This document shows, piece by piece, positions 40,347-50,900 of a DNA stretch of 64,000 nt. Source of the DNA: Alphaproteobacteria bacterium (lineage in GTDB: Bacteria; Pseudomonadota; Alphaproteobacteria; MPNO01; UBA830); contig OZ244055.1 of assembly GCA_965214975.1 (NCBI GenBank), positions 452,875 through 516,874 of the forward strand, written 5' to 3'. The stretch's first letter is position 1, and each line of letters starts with the position of its first letter. The position numbers and the translations under genes were made by a program. The notes beneath the pieces were generated by a model that was given only the letters and a program-made list of their open reading frames with translations, was not told the origin of the DNA and searched no databases.

Positions 40347-43005
40347 CGGGCCCGTGGAGATCGTCTTTCTCGCGGTTCTCGTCGTCACCATGGCGGCGGC
40401 GCTGGCGTCGGGCTATCCGGTGGCCTTCGCGCTCCCGGGATCGGCGATCCTCTCGATCGGGCTCGCCGCTCTCTGCGGCTATCTCTTCGCCGGCCATCCG
40501 GACGCCTATTTCCTGCACGGCGGGCCGCAGCAGTGGCTGACCGCCGGAGTCACGAACTTCCGGGGAATCTACTGGGAGGTCGAGCGCGACACGCTGATCG
40601 CGATTCCGCTGTTCGTCTTCATGGGGATCATGCTGGAACGCTCGAAGGTGGCCGAGGATCTTCTCGTCACCATGGCCCAGCTCTTCGGGCCGATTCCCGG
40701 AGGTCTCGGCATCGCGGTCGTGTTCGTCGGCGCGCTGCTGGCGGCGACCACGGGAATCGTCGGCGCGACGGTCGTGGCGATGGGGCTGATCTCGCTGCCG
40801 GTGATGCTGCGCGCGAACTACTCCAGGTCGCTGGCGACCGGAACCATCAGCGCTTCGGGAACCCTCGGCCAGATCATTCCGCCGTCCATCGTCCTGATCA
40901 TCCTCGCCGACCAGCTCGCGAGCGCGGCCGACCAGGCGAGCACGCTCCGGAAGGCCGAGTTCAAGGCGGCCACGGGGCAGGCGTCGCTGCCGAGCGAGTA
41001 CGGTCTCACGTCGACCAGCGCCGGCGACATGTTCCTCGGGGCGCTGCTGCCGGGGCTGGTTCTCGTCGGCCTCTACATGACCTACATCCTCGTCCTGTCG
41101 CTGCTGCGCCCGAAGGCCGCGCCGCCGGTGCCGTTCGAGACCGGCTTCGACGCCCGTTTCGTGCTCAGGGTCCTGCTCGCCCTGGTGCCGCCGCTCGCGC
41201 TCATCTTCATCGTGCTCGGGTCGATCATCATGGGCGTGGCCACGGTCAACCAGGCCGGCGCGATCGGGGCCGTGGGCGCCGTGATCATGGCCGGCTACCG
41301 CCTGCGGTCCGGGCACCCCGGCTCGTTCGTTCCCAGCGTCCTCGCGGTTGCCGCCGTCGGCGCTCTCGTCGTCCTTCTCGGCATCTACGACATCAACATC
41401 AAGAACACGCGGACCGCCTCCGAATGGACGGGCGTGGGCCTTGCCGCGGCCGCCGTCGCCGTCCTGCTGGTCGCGGTCGTCTGGAGCCTGTGGCGGGCCT
41501 ACCGCATCGACGACATTCTCCGCGGCGTGATGATCGAGACCGCGAGGACGACGTCTCTCGTCTTCATCATCCTTCTCGGCGCGGCCATGCTCACGGCCGC
41601 CTTCCGCGCGTTCGGCGGCGAGGAGCTGGTGCGCGATTTCCTGTTCGGCCTGCCGGGCGGCTTCATCACGAAGTTCGTCGTGGTGATGGCCGTCATCTTC
41701 ATCCTCGGGTTCTTTCTCGACTTCATCGAGATCGCGGTGGTCGTGGTACCGATCATCGCGCCGATCCTGCTCGCAGACACCTCGGCCAACATCACCGCGG
41801 TGTGGCTTGGCGTGATGATCGGCGTCAACATGCAGACCTCGTTTCTCACGCCGCCTTTCGGCTTCGCGCTGTTCTATCTCCGGGGCGTCGCGCCGCCCTC
41901 GGTCAAGACCGTCCAGATGTACGCCGGCGTGGTGCCGTTCATCCTGCTTCAGCTGGCGGGACTCGCCATCGTCGGGTTCTGGCCGGCTCTCGTGAACTAT
42001 CTCCCGACCCGGGTCTATCTCACGGCGGAAACCGCGCCGCCCCCCAAGAACCCGCGGCTCCAGCTGTGCCTCGAGGACATGCTTTTCAAGGCCTACGAGG
42101 CGAGGGCCGACGAACTCCGCGGCGCGGTGGCCGCGGGCGGGCGGCTCGACGTCTCGTACCTGCCGCGTTCGCTCCGTTCCGGCCTTGAAGAGGGGTTCGA
42201 GGCGGCGGCCGGCGTGTTCGACCGGGTTCTGGAGGTGGAGTCCGCGGCAGCGGAGGTCGCGGCGTACGATCCCGTGTACCGGCCGGTCCACCGCGAGGTC
42301 CGCGGGCTCCAGCTTCGCATCCGCGAGCGGAACGACGAGGCCGCCGACGTCGAGGACCGCATCCGCCAGCGCCGCCGGGACGGCGCCGACGCGGCCGATC
42401 TCCGGACGCGGCTCGCGGAGATCCTCGAGGAGATCGCCGCGCTCGAGGCGAGGCTTCCGGACGGCTGGGAGGAGAAGCGCAAGACCTACCTCGCGCTCGC
42501 CGGGGCGGAGACGCGGGCGCGGAGAGCGTACCGGAGGGCCGTCGACGACGCCTACGAGCCGGCCGCGTCGACGCTCGGGATCATCGGCCAGACCGACGCG
42601 CTCGCGGCCGTCGGCCGCAGGCTCGGAGCGTTGCGGGAGGCTGCGGCGTCCCTGCCGCCGGCGGAGGCCGCGCAGCGGTTCCGGGAAGCCGAGAGGCTGT
42701 TCTCGGGCCTCGACGGGGTGAGCCACGTGAGATCCCGGTTTTCGCGGGCGCGCCGGATGCTAGGCCGCGACCAGCCCGACCCCGAGCGGGCGCGCGCGGC
42801 GCTCGAGGAGGGGTTGCGGCGCTACGAGGCGGAACTGTCGTGGCGGCGTCGCGCGGCCGGGGAACTGCGGCCCGGGCTCGCGGCGTACGAGGCGGCGATC
42901 CGCGACACGATGGGGCTGCGCTCGCAGGCGCGGCTGAACGGCGAGCAGGCTGCGGCGGTGGCGGGCTGCATGTCTTCGCACCGGGACATCTCGCTGAACT
43001 TCTGA
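40312..43005 (+). CDS. TRAP transporter large permease (DctM-like) with a ~330-aa C-terminal soluble extension
   Basis: ..AIPLFVFMGIMLERSKVAEDLL..GTLGQIIPPSIVLIILAD..PFGFALFYLRGVAPP.. to about 42010. A charged, helical-looking tail then runs to CMSSHRDISLNF in the same frame. The exact start is uncertain. Confidence 0.85.
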   Translation: MRVRSPTRARRSGPVEIVFLAVLVVTMAAALASGYPVAFALPGSAILSIGLAALCGYLFAGHPDAYFLHGGPQQWLTAGVTNFRGIYWEVERDTLIAIPLFVFMGIMLERSKVAEDLLVTMAQLFGPIPGGLGIAVVFVGALLAATTGIVGATVVAMGLISLPVMLRANYSRSLATGTISASGTLGQIIPPSIVLIILADQLASAADQASTLRKAEFKAATGQASLPSEYGLTSTSAGDMFLGALLPGLVLVGLYMTYILVLSLLRPKAAPPVPFETGFDARFVLRVLLALVPPLALIFIVLGSIIMGVATVNQAGAIGAVGAVIMAGYRLRSGHPGSFVPSVLAVAAVGALVVLLGIYDINIKNTRTASEWTGVGLAAAAVAVLLVAVVWSLWRAYRIDDILRGVMIETARTTSLVFIILLGAAMLTAAFRAFGGEELVRDFLFGLPGGFITKFVVVMAVIFILGFFLDFIEIAVVVVPIIAPILLADTSANITAVWLGVMIGVNMQTSFLTPPFGFALFYLRGVAPPSVKTVQMYAGVVPFILLQLAGLAIVGFWPALVNYLPTRVYLTAETAPPPKNPRLQLCLEDMLFKAYEARADELRGAVAAGGRLDVSYLPRSLRSGLEEGFEAAAGVFDRVLEVESAAAEVAAYDPVYRPVHREVRGLQLRIRERNDEAADVEDRIRQRRRDGADAADLRTRLAEILEEIAALEARLPDGWEEKRKTYLALAGAETRARRAYRRAVDDAYEPAASTLGIIGQTDALAAVGRRLGALREAAASLPPAEAAQRFREAERLFSGLDGVSHVRSRFSRARRMLGRDQPDPERARAALEEGLRRYEAELSWRRRAAGELRPGLAAYEAAIRDTMGLRSQARLNGEQAAAVAGCMSSHRDISLNF

Positions 43006-43133
43006 CCCGTCGCGAAAACGCCGCGGTCCGCCGGGCCGGAGGCCGCGGGACGAAGCGGCTGCCGGGACGGTTTCCGGCCCCGTCGCCGCGGTTGACCGGC
43101 CGGGCGGGCGTCTGTAACTCTCGCGGAGATCCC

Positions 43134-44729
43134 ATGACCGACAAACGCGTATATCTCTACGACACGACGCTGCGCGACGGTGCGCAGATGCTCGGCGTCG
43201 ACTTCACCGTCGCCGACAAGACGGCGCTTGCCCGGGCGCTCGACAGCCTCGGGATCGACTACGTCGAGGGCGGCTGGCCGGGGGCGAATCCGATCGACGA
43301 CGCGTTTTTCGGCAACGCGCCCGCGCTCGCCCGCGCGAAGTTCGCGGCCTTCGGCATGACCCGCAGGCCGGGCCGTTCCGTCGAGAACGATCCCGGCGTG
43401 GCGGCGCTGCTCGACGCCGCGCCGGCGGCGGTCTGCATGGTCGGAAAGACCTGGGACTACCATGTCGACGTCGCGCTGGGGATCGACCGCGGCGAGAACC
43501 GGAGGATGATCGCCGAGTCGGTGTCCCACGCGGCGGGCAGGGTGGGCGAGGTCCTGTTCGACGCGGAGCATTTCTTCGACGGCTACAAGGCCAACCCCGG
43601 CTACGCGCTGTCCTGCGCGCGCGCGGCGCACGAGGCCGGAGCGCGCTGGGTCGTGCTGTGCGACACCAACGGGGGCGCCCTGCCGCACGAGGTCGCCGAG
43701 ATCGCGGACGCGGTGACCCGCCATGTTCCGGGCACGCATCTCGGCATCCACTGCCACAACGACACCGAGAACGCGGTCGCCAACTCGCTGGCAGCGGTGC
43801 TCGCGGGCGTCCGCCAGATCCAGGGGACGATCAACGGCCTCGGCGAGCGCTGCGGCAACGCCAACCTGACCGCGATCATTCCCAATCTCATGCTGAAGAC
43901 GGAGTTCGAGACCGGCGTGTCCGCCGACGGCCTCGCCCAGCTCACGCACGTGTCCCGCCTGCTGGACGAACGCCTGAACCGGGAGCCGTTCCGCCACGCC
44001 GCCTATGTCGGGGAATCGGCTTTCGCCCACAAGGGCGGGCTGCACGTCTCGGCCGTGGAAAAGGATCCGCGAACCTACGAGCACGTCGACCCGGCGCTGG
44101 TCGGAAACGAGCGGCGCATCGTGGTCTCGGACCAGTCGGGCCGCTCCAACGTTCTCGCGCGGTTCCGCGACATCGGCATCGAGATTCCCCCGGAACATCC
44201 CGGCCTGCCGTCCCTTCTCGAGAGGATCAAGCGCCGGGAGTTCGAGGGGTACGCCCATGACGGCGCCGAAGCCAGCTTCGAGCTGCTGGCGCACCGCATG
44301 CTCGGAGAGGTTCCGGAGTTCTACAGCCTGCAGTCCTTCCGGGTGCTCGACGAGCGGCGCTGGAACGCCCGCGGCGAGCTGGTGACGATTTCGGAAGCGA
44401 CGATCAAGGTCGACGTCGGCGACGAGCGTCACATGGCCGTCGCCGAGGGGAACGGTCCCGTCAACGCGCTCGACAACGCGCTGTCGAAGGTGCTGCTGCC
44501 GACCTACCCCCAGCTCGGGGACATGCGGCTGGTCGACTACAAGGTGCGCATTCTCACCCCGGCCGACGGCACCGGCGCGGTCACCCGCGTCATGATCGAG
44601 TGCGCCGACGGGGAAGACCAGCGCTGGGCCTGCGTCGGCCTGTCGACCAACATCATCGACGCCTCCTACAATGCCCTGCAGGACGCGATCATCTACAAGC
44701 TCTTCCGCGACCGGGCGGAAGCGCCGTAG
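43134..44729 (+). CDS. cimA: Citramalate synthase / LeuA-family aldolase
   Basis: MTDKRVYLYDTTLRDGAQMLGVDFTVADK..LGIHCHNDTENAVANSLAAV..INGLGERCGNANL..; C-terminal LeuA-dimer-like region. Confidence 0.85.
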   Translation: MTDKRVYLYDTTLRDGAQMLGVDFTVADKTALARALDSLGIDYVEGGWPGANPIDDAFFGNAPALARAKFAAFGMTRRPGRSVENDPGVAALLDAAPAAVCMVGKTWDYHVDVALGIDRGENRRMIAESVSHAAGRVGEVLFDAEHFFDGYKANPGYALSCARAAHEAGARWVVLCDTNGGALPHEVAEIADAVTRHVPGTHLGIHCHNDTENAVANSLAAVLAGVRQIQGTINGLGERCGNANLTAIIPNLMLKTEFETGVSADGLAQLTHVSRLLDERLNREPFRHAAYVGESAFAHKGGLHVSAVEKDPRTYEHVDPALVGNERRIVVSDQSGRSNVLARFRDIGIEIPPEHPGLPSLLERIKRREFEGYAHDGAEASFELLAHRMLGEVPEFYSLQSFRVLDERRWNARGELVTISEATIKVDVGDERHMAVAEGNGPVNALDNALSKVLLPTYPQLGDMRLVDYKVRILTPADGTGAVTRVMIECADGEDQRWACVGLSTNIIDASYNALQDAIIYKLFRDRAEAP

Positions 44730-44744
44730 GCGCCGCCCCGGTCG

Positions 44745-45506
44745 ATGCCGGACACCGACGGCGGCCCGCCTCCCCCGGCGATCGTTCTCGTCCAGCCGAC
44801 GCTCGGGGAGAACATCGGCGCCGCGGCCCGGGCGATGATGAACTTCGGCCTGTCGGATCTGCGTCTCGTGCGCCCCAGGGGCGACTGGCCCAATCCCAAG
44901 GCCGTCAACACGGCGTCGGGCGCGGAGCGGATCCTCGAGGACGCGCGGCTCTTCGACACGACCCCCGAGGCCGTCGCCGACCTGCACCGGGTCCACGCGA
45001 CCACCGCGCGCGTGCGCGACATGGAAAAGCCGGCGCTGTCGCCCCGCCGACTCGCCGAAACCCTCCACGGCACCGGGGCGCGGAGCGGGATCCTGTTCGG
45101 CCGCGAGGCCAGGGGGCTGCACAACGACGACGTGGCGCTCGCCGATTCCATCGTCATGGTGCCGGCGAGCGCGGCGCACCGGTCGCTGAATCTGGCGCAG
45201 GCGGTGCTGCTGATCGGCTACGAATGGTTCCAGAGGGGCGGGAGCGAAGCCGTGGCGCCGGCGCGCAGACGCGGCGGCCGCCCGGCGTCGCGCACGGAAC
45301 TCGTCGGCTTCTTCGAGCATCTCGAGAGGGAACTCGACGCGTGCGGTTTCCTGTTCCCGCCCGAGAAACGTCCGCGCATGGTTCGCAACATCCGCAACAT
45401 TTTCGCGCGCGCCGGGCTCAGCGACCAGGAAGTCCGGACACTGCGGGGAATCGTGTCGGGGCTCTCGAAGCCGGAGCGTGGCGCCGGGGGGACTTCCCGG
45501 GGATAG
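44745..45506 (+). CDS. trmJ: SpoU/TrmH-class tRNA 2'-O-methyltransferase (TrmJ-like)
   Basis: ..IVLVQPTLGENIGAAARAMMNFGLSDLRLV..ILFGREARGLHNDDVALADSIVMVP..SLNLAQAVLLIGYEW.. Confidence 0.85.
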   Translation: MPDTDGGPPPPAIVLVQPTLGENIGAAARAMMNFGLSDLRLVRPRGDWPNPKAVNTASGAERILEDARLFDTTPEAVADLHRVHATTARVRDMEKPALSPRRLAETLHGTGARSGILFGREARGLHNDDVALADSIVMVPASAAHRSLNLAQAVLLIGYEWFQRGGSEAVAPARRRGGRPASRTELVGFFEHLERELDACGFLFPPEKRPRMVRNIRNIFARAGLSDQEVRTLRGIVSGLSKPERGAGGTSRG

Positions 45507-45628
45507 TTTCCGTCCGTCCGGTTCGCGTCGCTGTCCGCACGCCGCGCCGGCCTGGCCGCGAACGCCTCGGCAACCGCCCGCCGTTCCGGGCCGCGACCGA
45601 CGGGAGGGAACCGGCCTGCCGGCGAAGT

Positions 45629-45658
45629 TTGACAAGCCGTGCCGGGCGCCTGTATCAT
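45629..45658 (+). promoter_or_regulatory. Putative sigma70-type promoter of rpsD
   Basis: TTGACA (45629-45634), 18-nt spacer, TATCAT (45653-45658), about 85 nt upstream of ATG 45742. Confidence 0.5.
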
Positions 45659-45741
45659 GGCTTTCCGGATGCCGTTGCCGTTCTCCGCGGGAGCGCGGGG
45701 CGGAGCCGGAACAGCCTTGAACAGTCGAGGGAGGCGGGCGC

Positions 45742-46359
45742 ATGTCGAAGCGCGTGCGGTCCAAGCACAAGATCGATCGCCGTCTCGGGTGCAATCTGTG
45801 GGGGCGCCCGAAGAGCCCGTGGAACCGGCGCGAGTACGGCCCGGGAGAGCACGGCCAGAGGCGCCGGGGCAAGATGTCCGACTACGGCCTGCAGCTTCAG
45901 GCGAAGCAGCGCCTGAAGGGATACTACGGCAACATCACCGAGAAGCAGTTCCGCCGCCTGTACGAGGAGGCGGTGCGCCGTCGCGGCGACACCGTCGAGA
46001 TCCTGATCGGCCTTCTGGAACAGCGGCTCGACACCGTCGTCTACCGCCTCAAGTTCGTGCCCACGGTGTTCGCCGCGCGGCAGTTCGTCAATCACGGCCA
46101 CGTCCGGGTCAACGGCAAGCGCGTCAACATCCCCTCCTACAGGGTCAGGGAAGGGGACGTGATCGAGGTGCGCGAACGGTCCCGGGAGATCCCCATGGTC
46201 ATCGAGGCGCCGGAACTCGCCGAGCGCGACGTGCCGGAGTATCTCGAGGTCGATCACCACAAGATGCAGGGCCGGTTCGTCCGCACCCCGTCGCTCTCCG
46301 AGGTTCCGTACCCGGCCCAGATGTCGCCCAATCTGGTCATCGAGTACTATTCGCGCTGA
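45742..46359 (+). CDS. rpsD: 30S ribosomal protein S4
   Basis: [70 protein letters not shown].. Confidence 0.97.
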   Translation: MSKRVRSKHKIDRRLGCNLWGRPKSPWNRREYGPGEHGQRRRGKMSDYGLQLQAKQRLKGYYGNITEKQFRRLYEEAVRRRGDTVEILIGLLEQRLDTVVYRLKFVPTVFAARQFVNHGHVRVNGKRVNIPSYRVREGDVIEVRERSREIPMVIEAPELAERDVPEYLEVDHHKMQGRFVRTPSLSEVPYPAQMSPNLVIEYYSR

Positions 46360-46735
46360 CCCCGGCCGCGCGCGAAAGGCCTCGCCGAAGGCCGCTTCCG
46401 CGGCGAAGGGCGGCCGTTCGGGTTTCCGCGCGCGCTCCCGGGCCGACGATCCGCACCGCGTGGAGGAACGACCAGTCGGCGATGTTCCGTGTCCAGGGGG
46501 CGTCGTCGCCGAGGACCGCCCGGCGTCGCGGAAAGCCGGAGAGGATCCGGGACCGGTTTCCTGTCCGGCGACGGGTGAACCGGGCCAGTCCGGCGGGTCG
46601 TTCGGGAGCGCGTTTCGCCGGTCCGGGTGTCGGTTCGGACCTTGGGAAACGGATCCTGGTCGCACGGCAGGCGGATCCGCATCCGCCACCGGCACCCGGT
46701 CACGACAGAAAACGTTCCTGCCGCTCGACCTGAAA

Positions 46736-46763
46736 GCCGCAGGTTCGAATCCTGTCCCCTCCG
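46736..46763 (+). other. tRNA 3'-end-like fragment (T-arm + acceptor 3' strand), no 5' half
   Basis: GCAGG-TTCGAAT-CCTGT followed by CCCCTCC-G. No complementary GGAGGGG/GGGGGGG acceptor strand lies within 100 nt upstream. Confidence 0.35.
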
Positions 46764-46995
46764 TCACCGCCAATCCATTGAAATCGCCCATGTTTTGGGT
46801 GTTTTCCCCGTTTCCGCGGCAGAGCCGTTCCGGCGAACCGGCAAACGATCGGCAAACGCCGGGAATCAAGGCTCCGCCGACGATTGGCGGGGAGTCGCCC
46901 GGTCTGCAAACCTCGTGTCGCTTGTTTTCTGTTTTTCGCTTTGTGTCCTAAAATTGCGTGCTTTGCTACGGTGCCATGCAACTTTGGAGGTGCGC

Positions 46996-47253
46996 ATGCA
47001 TACTGCGAATCTGTGCAAGGTCGGTGACTCGGTCATGCTCGCGGTGCCCCCGGCACTTGTCGACCTCCTCAAGCTCACGGTCGGCGCCAAGGTGGATATC
47101 GGCGTCGAGGACGGCCGCCTGGTCGTCACGCCGAAGCCCCGCCCGAGCCACTCGCTCGAAGAGTTGCTGGCGCAGTGCGACGAGACCGCCCCGGCTGACG
47201 ACGAAGATCGCGCCTGGCTCGAGGACAAGCCCGTCGGCAAAGAACTTCTGTAA
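46996..47253 (+). CDS. mazE: Type II antitoxin, MazE/AbrB (SpoVT) family
   Basis: GGAGG 5 nt upstream. MHTANLCKVGDSVMLAVPPALVDLLKLTVGAKVDIGVEDGRLVVTP.. Confidence 0.85.
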   Translation: MHTANLCKVGDSVMLAVPPALVDLLKLTVGAKVDIGVEDGRLVVTPKPRPSHSLEELLAQCDETAPADDEDRAWLEDKPVGKELL

Positions 47254-47265
47254 AGAACTTCTGTA

Positions 47266-47646
47266 ATGCAACGGGGCGAAATCCGGCCCGTCAACCTCGA
47301 TCCCGTCACCGGCCACGAGCAACGAGGAACCCGGCCGGTCGTGATCGTGTCTCCCGCACGCTTCAACGGGCTGACCGGGGCGCCGGTCGTCCTTCCGATC
47401 ACGAAAGGTGGAGGTTTCGCTCGCCGACGCGGTTTCACGGTCTCGCTCGACGACGCAGGCACCCGCACGGTCGGCGTGATCCGTTGCGACCAGCTGCGCA
47501 CCCTTGATCTCGCCGCCCGGAACGGGAAACGCCTCGAATCCGTCACGAAGCCGATCATGGACGAGGTGCTCGCCCGCCTCGCCACGATCCTGGCACAGAC
47601 GGAGAAGCATGAGTTCGATCATCCTGTCGGAGGCAGGGCTGATTAA
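47266..47646 (+). CDS. mazF: Type II toxin, MazF/PemK endoribonuclease family
   Basis: MQRGEIRPVNLDPVTGHEQRGTRPVVIVSPARFNGLTGAPVVLPITKG..VIRCDQLRTLD.. Confidence 0.88.
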   Translation: MQRGEIRPVNLDPVTGHEQRGTRPVVIVSPARFNGLTGAPVVLPITKGGGFARRRGFTVSLDDAGTRTVGVIRCDQLRTLDLAARNGKRLESVTKPIMDEVLARLATILAQTEKHEFDHPVGGRAD

Positions 47647-47984
47647 CTGTCCGCCCGTCGGGCGGGGGCGCGGTGAAGGCGGCGCTGAACATTCCATTGT
47701 CGATGTGGCAACGTGCCGGTCATGGTGACGCTGCCGGCCCCGGATTTGTCCATTGACCTGAGCACGGTCTCGGTGCGCCCGACCCGGGGTGCTGCGCGGG
47801 AGCACCGGCGCTGGGACCGGCTGGTGGCGGAGCACCAACCACTACCAGCGGTTCCACGGCGTCATCGGCAAGGGTCTGCGCCATGTTGCGGTGCCACGGC
47901 GATTCCGCGTTGCGGTTCCGGACCGGCGGCACCCTCGGAGCCCGCGGCGCCGTCCGGGCCCGGGAGCGTTCCGGGGCGCGTGCT

Positions 47985-50900
47985 TCAGAAGGCGACGCCG
48001 CCCTTGAGCACGACCAGGCCGTCCGGCCGGCCCCGGTCCCCGCGCCGCTCGCCGTAGAGCTCGAGGCCCGGTCCCGCGGTCCCGCGCAGCCGGAACTCCA
48101 CGCCGAGGCGGACACGGTCGTCGTCGCCGGACCGCCCCAGCTCGCCGAACGCCGTCGTCACGGCGCGGTCCCGGAGCACCCCCCACCCGTAGCCCAGGCG
48201 GGCGTCGAGGGACGCGCCGCCGCCGCCGCCGCCGCGGCCCGCGGCGCCGGGGTCGGCGTTCCACATCGCCTCGGCGACGCCGCGCGCCGGCGCGCCCCAG
48301 GACGGCGCGAGCCGGAGCCGCAGGCCGCGGCCCCGGACCCCCGGATCCCAGTCCAGCCCGAGGCCGAGGCCCCACTCCCGGAAGCCGCTTTCCTCGTGGG
48401 CCAGAAGCGCGCTGCCGCGGCCCCGGATCTCGAGACCGGCATGCGGCAGGACGTAGCCGAAGCCCAGCGCGAGGTCGGCGCCCGCGCCCCGCTCGGCGTC
48501 CCCGTCGTCGAGACGCGCGCCGAGCTCGAAACTGCCGGCGAGCTCGCCGCCGTCCGCGAGCGCGCGGCGGGAGCTTCCCTCGAGGGCCAGACGCACCCGG
48601 GACGCCGCGGCGTCGACCTCCAGGAGCTCGTCCTCCACGCCGTCCGCGGACACCGTCGCGTGGAACGCGTCGGCCTTCACCGCGAGACCGACCCCGCCGA
48701 CCGACGCGAGATCGTCCCGGACCCCGGCGGCGACCGTGCGCATCTCGACGTCGGTCCCGACCGAGCCGTCCCGGTCCGCGATCTCCGTCGAGCCCCTGCC
48801 GTAGCCGGCCGTCCCCCAGACGCCGAGACCCGTCGGCGACATCCAGTGCACGTAGGGATGCGCGCTCGTCAGGGTCGTCTCCACGGCGCCGCCGCCGTCG
48901 CCGCCGCCGAAGGCGTAGTCGATGTCGCCGACCGTGCGGCTCACCGCGACCCCGGCAAGCAGGTCGTCCCGGAAGCGGTGGTCGAGACCGAGATGCGCGG
49001 CGAAGATCCCGCCCTCGCTCGAGAATGCGCCGATCCGGTCGTCGTCCTCGTCCAGCCCGTCGCTCCCGACCTCGGTGAACGTGCCGCGGCCCCACAGCGT
49101 GAGACCGCCCGCGGCCCCGCCGTCCCCGCCGGGCGACAGCGCGAACGCCGTCCGTCCCAGCAGGTCGCGGCCGTCGGGCGGCGCCAGCCCGCGGAAGCCG
49201 TCGGCGGAACCGCCGCCGGGGCCGTGGCGGCGCTCCGCGCCGCCGGCGTCGCCGGAAACGCCGCCGACGCCGCTGACGCCCATGAGGCCGGCAAGGACGC
49301 CGGCCGCGGGCGCGCCCGGCGCCAGGGGCTGCCCGCCCACCGTCGCGCGCGAGCCGGCGTCCCCGGAGCGGTGGCTTTCGGCGCGGTCCCAGACCAGCTC
49401 GACAACGTTCGCCGCCACCGTCCGGCCGGTGGCGGCGAGAACGTACCTCAGCGCCAGCGCGCGCCTCTCGCTCCGCCCCGCGCCCAGATCGTATCTCGCC
49501 TCCCACCCCTCGTCGTTGTCGGAGACCCGGGCCGCGTCCACGTCCACGAGCCTCACGGTCGCGGCCTCGGTCTCCCCGTCGACCTCGACCGCGACCGTCA
49601 TTCCGGTGTCGCCGCGCTCGAACGTCAGGGTTCCGGCTTCCTCCTCCCCGTCGCGCGCCTTCACGTAGCCGACCCCGAGGGCTTCGCGCGCGGGCCACGG
49701 CCGGTCCAGGCCCACCGTGAACGCGACGGTCGCCGTCTCCCCGACGGCGGGCCTCTTCACCGACCCCGGCGCGGGCGCGGCCACCGACAGCACCGGCCGG
49801 GCGGCGAGCCAGTGCTCCGTTCTCCGGGGCTCCGGCAGCAGGACGTTGGTCGAGCCCGTCAGCCCGAGCTCCACCACCTCGGCGGCGTCGCCGGCCTCCA
49901 CCTCGACCGTTCTCCGGGTCTCCCCGTGCTGGAACGTCAGCAGCCCGGAAACGGCGCCGCCCCCGTCCACGACCGTCTCGTGGTCGACCGTCACCAGGTC
50001 GTCGCCCGGCCCCGTCGGCGGATCCAGCGCGACCGTGAAGGTGACGGTCCCGGCCTCGTCCGCGGCCTCCACCGACAGCCGGCGGTCGTCGTCGCGGACG
50101 GTCCCGAGACCCCGGCCCGTCCCGATCTCGTATCCCGCGGCGCTCGTGACGCTGTCCAGCGTGACCACCACGAGCCCGTCGCTCTCGGCCTCCCTGTCGC
50201 CCTCGACCGTCGCCACGATCGTCTTCGCGGTCTCCCCCGGCGCGAACGCCAGCGTGCCGGTCGTCGCGCGCATGTCCCGCTCGGCGAGCCTGACCTCCGC
50301 CGCGCCCGTCACGGTGTAGTCGACGCTCACCGGACCGTCCGCGGCTTCCGACAGCGTCACCGGGAACCGGAGTTCCGCGGGGCCCCCGTCGCCCTCGACG
50401 ACGCTCGTCGACCCGACCCAGACCGCCGGACCGGACGTCCCGCGCGCGTCGTCGTTCCGGATCGTGCCCGTCCCGCGGTGCCTGCGGAGCAGCGCCCCGC
50501 CGGTCGGGTCCGAGAGCGTGACCACGACCGTCTCGTCCAGCTCGAAAACCCCGTCGCCCTTCACCGGGACCGTGACCGTCTGCCTGGTCTCCCCCGGCGC
50601 GAACGCGACCGAACCGGCCTCGGGGGCGTCGTGGTCCCTTCCGGCCTCCGCCGTGCCCCCAACCGTGTAGTCGACGACGACCTCCCGGTCCGACGCCGGC
50701 GCCAGCGTCACCGCGAACGCCAGGTCCGTCGTCCCGGAATCGCCCTCGTCCACGCTCGGCGAGTCGATCGAGAGCGCCGATTCGTCGTCGTCCCTGATCG
50801 TGCCCGTGCCGGTGCCGGTCCCGATCGTCGCGCCGCCGGTCGCGCCCGACAGCGCGATCTCCACCGTCTCGTCGTTCTCGTCGATCCCGTCGCCCCTCGC

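Noticed and set aside
46736-46951. Possible two-piece (permuted) alphaproteobacterial tmRNA: tRNA-like 3' end with a potential G:U at the alanine-identity position, followed by a reading frame starting ANDRQ..
   Set aside because: No complementary 5' acceptor strand was found downstream. The discriminator is G and no CCA follows. The supposed tag (ANDRQTPGIK...FVS) is far too long and lacks the hydrophobic ..AA terminus of ssrA tags. The element is kept only as an orphan tRNA-like fragment.
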